DNA from: a bacterium
Lineage (GTDB): Bacteria > UBA8248
Length of the DNA: 64,000 nucleotides
Assembly (NCBI GenBank): GCA_965225985.1
Contig: OZ245330.1
Location: forward strand, 971,509 to 1,035,508
Direction of reading: 5' to 3'
The notes beneath the pieces were generated by a model. That model ran no database searches. It was not told the DNA's origin and saw only the letters and a list, made by a program, of their open reading frames with translations. Shown here one piece after another: positions 1-7,273 of the stretch. Both the position numbers and the translations under genes were made by a program. Each line of letters starts with the position of its first letter. Position 1 is the first letter of the stretch.

Positions 1-941
1 CCCGCCGCGCAGGCCATCAGGACCGGGAGCAGGTCCCCCTCCATCCGCATCAGGAGGGGCTGGCATTCGGGATCGCCGAAGCGGCAATTGAACTCGAGCG
101 CCTGGAGGTCGTTTCCCCGCACCATGAGGCCGGCGTACAACACCCCCCGGTAGGGCGTGCCCCGCGCGGCGAGCGCCCGCACCGCGGGCAGGACGATCTC
201 TTCGAGGGCCTTTTTCTCAAGGGCGGCCGTCATCACCGGGGCGGGCGTGTAGGCTCCCATCCCCCCTGTATTGGGGCCCGTATCGCCCTCGCCCACCGCC
301 TTGTGGTCCTGGGAGGAGGCCAGGGGGAGCGCCCTCTCTCCGTCCACGAAGGCGAGAAAGCTCGCCTCCTCCCCCTCGAGGAGCTCTTCCACCACGCAGC
401 GCCCCCCCGCCTCCCCGAAGGCCCGCTTTTCCATGACCTCGCCGATGGCGGCCTCGGCCGCGGGGGGGTCCGGACAAAGGATCACCCCTTTTCCCGCCGC
501 GAGGCCGTCCGCCTTCACCGCCCAGGCGCCCCCCCCTTCGCGCACGTGGGCGCGCGCCGCCTCCGGGTTGTCGAAGGTCCCGAAGGCCGCCGTCGGGATT
601 CCCGCCTCTTTCATCAACGCCTTCGCGAAAGCCTTGCTCGCCTCGATCCGCCCCCCCGCCTTCTTCGGGCCGAAGACGGGGATGCCTTCCTCTTCCAGCC
701 GGTCGGCGAGCCCGGCCGCGAGGGGCGCCTCGGGCCCCACCACCACGAGGCCCGGCCGCTCCCGCCGCGCGAGAGCCGTCAGGCCCGCGATGTCCTCCGC
801 GCCCACTCCCTCGTTCCGGCCCACGAGGGCGGTGCCCGCGTTGCCCGGCGCGGAGACCACCTCCTCCACCTCGGGGCTCTGCGCCAGCTTCCAGGCCAGG
901 GTGTGCTCCCGCCCGCCTCCTCCGACGATGAGGATTTTCAC
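1..941 (-). CDS. purD: phosphoribosylamine--glycine ligase PurD, N-terminal ~313 codons (C-terminus lies beyond window start)
   Basis: Reverse translation from GTG at 941..939 reads MKILIVGGGGREHTLAWKLAQSPEVEEVVSAPGNAG..., with the ATP-grasp region (GVLYAGLMV...LEFNCRFGDPE) near position 1-150. The true frame is absent from the ORF track because the ORF runs off the window edge. Confidence 0.85.
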   Translation of the reverse strand, partial: MKILIVGGGGREHTLAWKLAQSPEVEEVVSAPGNAGTALVGRNEGVGAEDIAGLTALARRERPGLVVVGPEAPLAAGLADRLEEEGIPVFGPKKAGGRIEASKAFAKALMKEAGIPTAAFGTFDNPEAARAHVREGGGAWAVKADGLAAGKGVILCPDPPAAEAAIGEVMEKRAFGEAGGRCVVEELLEGEEASFLAFVDGERALPLASSQDHKAVGEGDTGPNTGGMGAYTPAPVMTAALEKKALEEIVLPAVRALAARGTPYRGVLYAGLMVRGNDLQALEFNCRFGDPECQPLLMRMEGDLLPVLMACAA

Positions 942-1136
942 GAAGCCTTCCTTCGAATGAACGGAAACGGAATTTCAATGAATGGGGCACAACCATGCCG
1001 CGTCGGAAGGGAGCGCGTCAAACCGGCTTTTTTCCGCCGGGCGCGCCCGGGGAGCGGGCGGGGCGGGGTCCCCGCGGCTTGGGCGTTTCCGCCACCCTCC
1101 GGGGGAGCGTTTGGGGGAGAAGGCGAAATTCTCCTT

Positions 1137-1622
1137 TCAGACCAGGAGTTTCTCCACCTTCTCGATGAGGAGTTCGGGGGTGAACGGTTTGAGGAGATAG
1201 TCGTTCGCGCCCGCCATGATGCACTTCGAGACGCAACGGCGGTCGCCCATGGAGCTGACCATGAGAATGGGGATTTGTTTCTCCAAATTCACATTCGCCC
1301 GCAAATACTTGCATGTCGTGATGCCGTCAATGCCGGGCATTTGTATATCCAGCAGAACCAGGTTGATCGGTTGCCGCGCGGCCGTCCGGAGCGCCGCTTT
1401 GCCGTTGACTTCTTCCATCACCCGGATTTGCTTCGCTTCCAGAAGCTTGCGAATGAGTTTCCGCATTTCTGCATCATCGTCGACCACGAGAACGGTCTTG
1501 CGGCTGACAAGAGAGAATTTATCATTCTGCTCTTGCGCGAGGCGCCTCGATTTGGCCATGGGGTCCAAGGCGGCCGCCGAATCCTCCGCGCCGGTTTCGG
1601 AAGGCAAGGCTTTTGTTTCCAT
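1137..1622 (-). CDS. single-domain CheY-like response regulator receiver protein
   Basis: 161-aa ORF; VLVVDDD...LVLLDIQMPGIDGITT...KPF receiver-domain signature with conserved Asp pocket. Confidence 0.85.
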   Translation of the reverse strand: METKALPSETGAEDSAAALDPMAKSRRLAQEQNDKFSLVSRKTVLVVDDDAEMRKLIRKLLEAKQIRVMEEVNGKAALRTAARQPINLVLLDIQMPGIDGITTCKYLRANVNLEKQIPILMVSSMGDRRCVSKCIMAGANDYLLKPFTPELLIEKVEKLLV

Positions 1623-1748
1623 GATTTATTCCTTTGCGAATCCCCTGGTGTCTGCCCTTCTAGGAACTTGACGCCGATGCGTTTTTTGCGGAAATCCCGG
1701 ATGGGCGAATTCAGCTCGCATTGCGCGGGAATGCCAGTTCCGGGGGGG

Positions 1749-1777
1749 ATTATACGTAATAATATTTATTAAATCAA
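1749..1777 (-). promoter_or_regulatory. sigma70-type promoter (-35 TTGATT / 17 nt / -10 TATAAT) in an AT-rich island, oriented toward the receiver gene
   Basis: Reverse complement of 1749..1777 is TTGATT-N17-TATAAT. The surrounding ~80 bp is very AT-rich in an otherwise 65% GC context. Confidence 0.4.
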
Positions 1778-2583
1778 TATAATTTTTATAATTTCAGGAA
1801 ATAATTGACCAATATCTACCAAAAAACCTTGGAGAATCGCCATCAGGGCGAGGGGGGCGGTGTCGGCTCGGAGAACCCGCGGGCCGAGGTCGGAGGGGGG
1901 GAGGGGGGGGGAGAAAGCCCGCCACCCGGGCGGCCCCGGCCCCCTCCGGGGCGAGGTCTCCTTCGGGGCCGAAGAGGGCAGCGGTGCGCAGGGGAAAGGG
2001 GCCGGTCCGGCCTTTTTCGATCGCCTCTTTGGGCCGCATTCTCCCCTCGCCCAGCCAGAGGAGGAGTTTGAGAGGAAAATCTTTTGTCGCAGAGAGGAAG
2101 TCATCGAGTGGGGAAACCGGGTGCAGGGCCGGCGGGGGAACGCGGCCGCGCTGCTTGGCGGCCTCGAGGCAGATTCGGCGCCAGCGCCGCTCTCGCGCTT
2201 CGCGGGCGGAAGGCCCGCCTCGCAGCGGGCGAGGGGGAGGGCGAGGGGGAGGGAAAAAAAGCGTCCGCCCCGAGCTCGGTCCCTTTTTGCAGGACGAAGT
2301 TGAACCGCTCCCCTTTCAGAAGGGACAGGCCGAGGGAGATCGACAGGGGGGAGGGTTTTCGGGGCGGCAGGATTCGAGGATCCGCCCTTCGGAGGTATTC
2401 GGGGAAACGAATGTGAGCTCGACGGCGTACTCCGCTCCTGCCCCGGTGGCGACGCGGCACCTTTCCCCCGCCTTCATCTGGAGGACGCGCGCGCGGTGGA
2501 CCGCCTCCGCCTCCTCGATGCGGACGGTTCCGTCCCCGATGAGAGATGCGTCCGTATAAGGAAGAGGCGGGGTCTGTCGCTCA
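1769..2583 (-). pseudogene. rsmE: 16S rRNA (uracil1498-N3)-methyltransferase RsmE, disrupted by at least 3-4 frameshifts
   Basis: RsmE-like segments lie in three reading frames: (V)SDRPRLFL... then ...SLIGDGTVRIEEAEAVHRARVLQMKAGERCRV...RILESCRPENPPP in frame A; ISLGLSLLKGERFNFVLQKGTELGADAFFP in frame B; ...AREARERRWRRICLEAAKQRGRVPPP...ARVAGF back in another frame; and ...DLGPRVLRADTAPLALMAILQ in a third frame. Frame switches coincide with C/G homopolymers (C6 at ~2400, CT-rich repeat ~2230-2260, C8/C7 near 1890-1915). Position immediately downstream of prmA matches the conserved prmA-rsmE order. Confidence 0.6.
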
Positions 2584-3459
2584 CGGCTTTTCGATCTCCA
2601 AACCCACCCACTCTTCGAGTTGTCTGCGGCCGCGCAGGGAAAGCCCGGCGTCCTCGACTGCCCGGACCAGGGCCTGCTCCTGCTCATAACCGACCCCGCT
2701 GAGGACCCCCCTTCCGGCCGGGGCGAGGGCCGCCGCCATCCGGGGGGCGAGAAGGATCAGCGGTTCGAGAAAAATGTTCGCGGCGAGAAAATCCACCACC
2801 CCCCACCATTCTCCGATGCAGGCGGGCTCCAGCGTTCCCGCCTCCACGCGCATGCGCCCTTCCAGGCCGTTCCTGCGGGCGAGCTCGCGGGCGCTGGAAA
2901 CGGCGTCCGGGTCGAGATCCAGGGCGATCACCTCTCCCGCGCCCATCTTGAGGGCCGCCGCGCCGAGGATTCCCGAGCCGCAGCCCAGATCCAGGAAGCG
3001 GTGGGGAGGGCTTTCCGCGCACATTCTGTCGATGGCCCGAAGGCAGAGCTCCGTGGTGGGGTGGCGCCCCGTGCCGAAGGCGAGGCCGGGGTCGAGAACG
3101 ATCACGGCCCTTCCTTCAGGCGGCGGCGCTTCCTCCCAAGGGGGCCGGACCCAAAGGCGCTCCCCGTAGGCCCTCGCGGTGAAGTGTCCCCGGGAGAGGG
3201 TGGTCCAATCCTGCTCTTCCAGGGTGCGGATGGTGATTGCGCTTCGGGGAACGCCGAGTTCCGCCAGGGCGCTTTCGGCGGCCCGGTACTTTTCCGCCGC
3301 CCCGGGCTCGAGCAGAAAGTGGGTGACAAGGATGGCGCAGGAGGGGGGGGCGTCGCGCTCCTCCACGGCGGCGGCCCCCGCCTCGATGAGGCAGCAGGAA
3401 ACTTCCCCGGCGCGGTCACCGGCCACCTGGACGAGCAGCTCCATCCACTTGCGGGCCAT
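2581..3459 (-). CDS. prmA: ribosomal protein L11 methyltransferase
   Basis: 292-aa ORF with PrmA motifs (LDLGCGSGILGAAALKMGA, ALDLDPDAV, ANI) and the characteristic N-terminal domain. Confidence 0.9.
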   Translation of the reverse strand: MARKWMELLVQVAGDRAGEVSCCLIEAGAAAVEERDAPPSCAILVTHFLLEPGAAEKYRAAESALAELGVPRSAITIRTLEEQDWTTLSRGHFTARAYGERLWVRPPWEEAPPPEGRAVIVLDPGLAFGTGRHPTTELCLRAIDRMCAESPPHRFLDLGCGSGILGAAALKMGAGEVIALDLDPDAVSSARELARRNGLEGRMRVEAGTLEPACIGEWWGVVDFLAANIFLEPLILLAPRMAAALAPAGRGVLSGVGYEQEQALVRAVEDAGLSLRGRRQLEEWVGLEIEKP

Positions 3460-3538
3460 GGTGAGCCCCCGATCTTTTTGTTCTAAGTGTTATCCCGCGC
3501 GGGGAGGCGTCCCCCCCCTCCTGCGCCGGCCTGGATCG

Positions 3539-4654
3539 TTACGCGTTCCGGAGAGGCAGGATCACCTCGGCCGCTCCGGTGGAGGCGACCTCGCCGCTCT
3601 GGTTCGTTCCGGTGAATTCCACCTTCACGATGGCGTCCCCGCCCTCCCGGGTTTTCTCCGTCACCTTCCCCGCGTAGCGGAAGATATCGCCGTAGATTCC
3701 GGGTTTGCGGACCTGAACGGCGCACTTTTTGAGGAAACCGTCGTCCCCCATCCAGTTCGTCACGAAGGGGCAGGCCCAGGCGAAGCGCATGACGCCGTTG
3801 TCGAAGGGCCCCGGCATCCCCCGGCCCGCGGCGATGTTCACGTCCTCGTGCTGTTGGGAGTTTTTCACCGGAAAACCGAGCTGGGGGATGGTCACGGCGT
3901 TATGGGGCGCCTTGAGGAGGTCGAGATAGCCGAGGCGGCCGGCCTTGTAGGAGGGTCCGAGGGCCGCGTTCCAGGCCACCATGTCCCCGATGGTTAGGGG
4001 GCCGCGAGTTATGGGCGGCAACTCCTCGTCCACCGAGACGTCCTCCCAGTGGCGGGTCTCGGCGCCGGTGATCTTTTCCGCCCGGTACGCCGCCTCCACC
4101 CCTTTCAGCTCTTCATCGCCTAACTTGTGAACGGGCCGGTCCAGCATGAGCTGATCGCCGGTCTGGGTCGCCCGGATCATGGTTCCGGTGGCTTTGGCGA
4201 CCACCTCGTCATTTTGGTTCCAGTAGGCGCATTCTGAAATCACGAATATGAGGCGCCGCCCGCCGCCCTTGCTTTTCTTCTCGAAGGTGCTCTTCTGGAC
4301 CGAGGCGGCGCGGAGCTTGTCCCCGGCCAGAATGGGCTTGTGCCACTCGCACTCGACTCCGCCGATGAGCGAAGAGAGCGGCGCCTCCATGGGAGCGCCG
4401 TGGAGGATGGGGTAGAGGACGGAAACGAAGAATGCCGGAGGAGCGGCGATGGTTTTGTACCGGCTCTTGGCGGCATATTCCGGATCGGTCCAGAGGGGAT
4501 TCGCGTCGTCGGTGCCGTAGGCGAAATGGCGGATGGCGTCCTCCGAGGCCTCGGTGTTCCAGGGGACGCGCTCCCGGACTTCCTTTCCGTCCATTTCGAG
4601 TGTTTTCGCGAGAAATTCATCGATTCGTGCGTTCACGTCATCGGACAACGTCAA
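3539..4654 (-). CDS. double hotdog-fold MaoC-like dehydratase/(R)-specific enoyl-CoA hydratase (mesaconyl-CoA hydratase-like architecture)
   Basis: 371-aa ORF with an N-terminal MaoC_dehydrat_N-like half and a C-terminal MaoC dehydratase half. TTG start at 4654 preceded by GAGGAGG. Confidence 0.75.
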   Translation of the reverse strand: MTLSDDVNARIDEFLAKTLEMDGKEVRERVPWNTEASEDAIRHFAYGTDDANPLWTDPEYAAKSRYKTIAAPPAFFVSVLYPILHGAPMEAPLSSLIGGVECEWHKPILAGDKLRAASVQKSTFEKKSKGGGRRLIFVISECAYWNQNDEVVAKATGTMIRATQTGDQLMLDRPVHKLGDEELKGVEAAYRAEKITGAETRHWEDVSVDEELPPITRGPLTIGDMVAWNAALGPSYKAGRLGYLDLLKAPHNAVTIPQLGFPVKNSQQHEDVNIAAGRGMPGPFDNGVMRFAWACPFVTNWMGDDGFLKKCAVQVRKPGIYGDIFRYAGKVTEKTREGGDAIVKVEFTGTNQSGEVASTGAAEVILPLRNA

Positions 4655-4804
4655 ATTCCTCCTCTGGCCAAAGGTTGCGCGCGGGAAAATGGGGCCGCCG
4701 CCTTTCGGGGCCGCGGCGGGCGCCCATTCAGAATGTTTTGGCTCCTCATAGCAGCAAAAACGCTCTCCCGCAATGATTCGGAGCCGGAAGCGCCCCGGTT
4801 GTTC

Positions 4805-5815
4805 CTACCCGGTGAGGGATATCCACTTTTCGTGAAGCCGCCGCAAGAGGGCGGGAGCCAAAACGGAGATCTTCACGTGCTGGTCCCCGCCCCCGCCCCC
4901 GCCGGGGGGAGAGAGGCCCTTGCCGCGCAGCCGGAAGACGGTCCCCGAGCGGGTGGCGATGGGGAGGCGCATCATGACGTTCCCCTCCAGGGTGGGGACG
5001 AGCGTTTTTCCTCCGATGATTGACCTGGCGAAGCGAATGGGCAGCTCGAGGTGAATGTCGTTTCCCTCTCGACGGAAGACCTCGTGCGGGCGGACGCTTA
5101 CCGCAATGTAAAGGTCTCCCGGCTCCCCGAAATCGAGCCCTTCGTCCCCCTTTCCGCGCTGCTTGATTTGGGCCCCGTCCGCCGTGGCGGGGGGAAGCAC
5201 GGCCGGGACGATTTCCTCTCTCTGCCGGCGGCCCTCCCCGCTGCAGGCGGGACACGGGTCAAGGAAGCGAACCCCTTCGCCGCGGCAGGAGCTGCAAGGA
5301 ATCGAAAGGGCTGCGCTTCCGCGCCGGAAGGACAGCTCGCCGCCGCCGCCGCAGTGGGGGCAGCGCTCGCTCCGGCCGTGTGGATACCCTCCTCCCCCGC
5401 GGCACACATCGCAGCTCACGCGGCGCCGGAGGCGGAGCTCCCGTTCGGCGCCGAGGGCGGCCTCCTCGAAGGTGAGCTCGAGGGATGCCGTGAGATCGTT
5501 TCCGCGAACGGGCCGGCGCTCCGTTTTGTTGCGGGCGTTCCGGAAAATTTCGGAAATGATTTCTTCCAGGTCGGGGTCGATGGGCCGGTCCATATCTTTT
5601 TCGGCGGACGCCGTGCTCGGGGAGGGCCGGGCCGGGAGGTTTTTGATTTTTTCGTAGGAGACGACGAGTTCCTTGAATTTTTTCTCGGCGTTGGGATCGT
5701 CCGGGTTCCTGTCAGGATGGTAGCGAAGCGCGAGCCGGCGGTAGGCGCGGCGGATTTCCTCCGGGGCGGCCTCTCGCGTCAAGCCGAGAACTTCAAAGGC
5801 CGCCGGTGGTTTCAT
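4805..5815 (-). CDS. DnaJ-like J-domain protein with four CxxCxGxG zinc-finger repeats, lacking a G/F-rich region
   Basis: N-terminal J domain with HPD ([16 protein letters not shown]); [32 protein letters not shown] repeats; DnaJ C-terminal beta domains; 336 aa. Sits where dnaJ lies in the hrcA-grpE-dnaK-dnaJ-prmA cluster, but grpE and dnaK are absent here. Confidence 0.8.
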   Translation of the reverse strand: MKPPAAFEVLGLTREAAPEEIRRAYRRLALRYHPDRNPDDPNAEKKFKELVVSYEKIKNLPARPSPSTASAEKDMDRPIDPDLEEIISEIFRNARNKTERRPVRGNDLTASLELTFEEAALGAERELRLRRRVSCDVCRGGGGYPHGRSERCPHCGGGGELSFRRGSAALSIPCSSCRGEGVRFLDPCPACSGEGRRQREEIVPAVLPPATADGAQIKQRGKGDEGLDFGEPGDLYIAVSVRPHEVFRREGNDIHLELPIRFARSIIGGKTLVPTLEGNVMMRLPIATRSGTVFRLRGKGLSPPGGGGGGDQHVKISVLAPALLRRLHEKWISLTG

Positions 5816-6022
5816 GCGGCGGTTCTCACGATGTTCTTCCCGGCGTTCCGGGGGCGGGCCCGAAGGCGGGCAAACGGGATGCGGGGTTACCGTTTCCGTT
5901 AACGGTTTGATGTTCTGGAGAAGAAGGAGAACCGGTTCCCCGGCCGGAGCGCATCCCGGTGCCTGAGAGCGAATGGAGCCTTGGCGGTGGGGGATGCGCG
6001 ACGATTCCCGTCGGTTCGTCCC

Positions 6023-7084
6023 TTAGAAGGATTTTTCGGAGGAGATAAAGCGGGAGACCGAATCGGCGGCCAAGTCCACGAGAGAAACAACGCGCGGGTA
6101 GTCCATGCGTTTCGGCCCGATGAGCCCGATCGTGCCGAGAGAGCGGCTGTCCATGTAGTAATTCTGCGCGACGATGCTGCACTCCTCCATGCCCGCGATT
6201 TGGCTTTCGGTCCCGATGAGGATGCAGAGGCTCTCGGATTCCATGCATTGATCGAGAAGGTGAATGAGCTTCTCTTTTTCTTCGAAGGCTCGGTAGAGGT
6301 TTTTCAGTTTTTCGGTGTCTTCGGCGAAATCCGGCTGTGAGTAAACCCGCGAGCTTCCCTCAACGAAGACGGAATCCTCGTCCACCCCGCTTTCTTCCTC
6401 CGGGAAGGCGTGCAGGCTGAGCATCCGCGCCTGGCGGTAGAGATCGTCGGATTGGGCCCTTTCCCGGTTCATCTGCTGGAGCACTCTCTTCCGGATCTCG
6501 CGCAGCGATAGGCCCGCGAACTCCTCATTCAGGAACCGGGAGATGCGCTCAAGCTCTTCCCTTTGGATGTCTTCATCAATTTGAACGATGCGGTGCTGCA
6601 CCAACCCGCTTTCTGCCACGATGACGACGAGAACCTTGCGCACAGCCATCCGGATGAATTCGATGTGCCGGAACTGGAGCTTTTCCGCGCTGGGGAGGAG
6701 AATGACCCCGGCTTGATTCGTCAGGTCGGAGAGCACCCGGGAGACTTGGGAAAGGACCTGTTCGAGCTGGGCCGAGCGTATTCCGTATCCCGAATGGATG
6801 GTCTCCCGCTCTCCTTCGGTCACCAAGTGGGTTCCCATCAAGTCATCCACGAAGACCCGGTACCCCAGGTCCGTGGGGAGTCTTCCGGCCGAGACATGGG
6901 GTTGGGTGAGATAGCCCATATCCGAAAGGTCGCTCATGATGTTTCGAATGGTCGAAGGACTCATGGGATGCGAGGTTTTGCCCGAAACGGTTCGGCTCCC
7001 TACGGGCTCGGCCGTTTCAATGAAGGTGTTGACCACCTCGCGGAGAACTTCTTTCTTTCGATTGGGAAGGGTCTGGACGCTCAT
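6023..7084 (-). CDS. hrcA: heat-inducible transcription repressor HrcA
   Basis: MSVQTLPNRKKEVLREVVNTFIETAEPVGSRTVS... winged-helix N-terminus and HrcA C-domain, ~354 aa. The ORF-track start at 7237 gives an unlikely 51-aa extension; ATG at 7084 preferred. Confidence 0.85.
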   Translation of the reverse strand: MSVQTLPNRKKEVLREVVNTFIETAEPVGSRTVSGKTSHPMSPSTIRNIMSDLSDMGYLTQPHVSAGRLPTDLGYRVFVDDLMGTHLVTEGERETIHSGYGIRSAQLEQVLSQVSRVLSDLTNQAGVILLPSAEKLQFRHIEFIRMAVRKVLVVIVAESGLVQHRIVQIDEDIQREELERISRFLNEEFAGLSLREIRKRVLQQMNRERAQSDDLYRQARMLSLHAFPEEESGVDEDSVFVEGSSRVYSQPDFAEDTEKLKNLYRAFEEKEKLIHLLDQCMESESLCILIGTESQIAGMEECSIVAQNYYMDSRSLGTIGLIGPKRMDYPRVVSLVDLAADSVSRFISSEKSF

Positions 7085-7142
7085 AGATGGCCCTTTGGCA
7101 GACGGTATTTCGGTTGGCACCCGCTCCTGCGCGTGCGGAAAC

Positions 7143-7171
7143 AAGATATTTTGGGCCTGTTTCCGTGTCAA
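7143..7171 (-). promoter_or_regulatory. candidate sigma70 promoter for hrcA (-35 TTGACA / 17 / -10 TATCTT), overlapped by inverted repeat GAAACA-N14-TGTTTC (7138..7163)
   Basis: Reverse complement of 7143..7171 is TTGACA-N17-TATCTT. No good CIRCE match is seen in the hrcA upstream region. Confidence 0.3.
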
Positions 7172-7273
7172 GGCGCCCTTTTCCGGCGTTTTCAGGGATG
7201 CCCCTTTTTCCGCCGGAGGAATCCTTAGACAAGGCATATGTTATATTAAATGGTTTAATGCTGGACCCTACCC

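Noticed and set aside
303-1772. Very long ORFs antisense to or out of frame with purD, the sensor kinase, the groEL gene, rpoB and rpoC in the supplied track (e.g. 303..1772 +, 7421..9409 -, 19766..21745 -, 53273..55933 -, 60012..61718 -), often Arg/Gly/Pro-rich
   Set aside because: Typical GC-rich stop-codon-poor alternative frames. Each overlaps a gene with unambiguous homology, and the products are low-complexity.
2581-2687. ORF-track start of the rsmE-like frame at 2687, which would overlap the prmA 3' end by 106 nt
   Set aside because: The canonical RsmE N-terminus (V/M-SDRPRLFL, matching MxRFFV) is found in a different frame starting right at the prmA stop. Another frameshift is more plausible than a long overlap.
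7106-7132. CIRCE-like TTGGCACCC-N9-CGTGCGGAA upstream of hrcA
   Set aside because: Only about 10/18 matches and the two arms are not mutually complementary. The good CIRCE is at groES instead.
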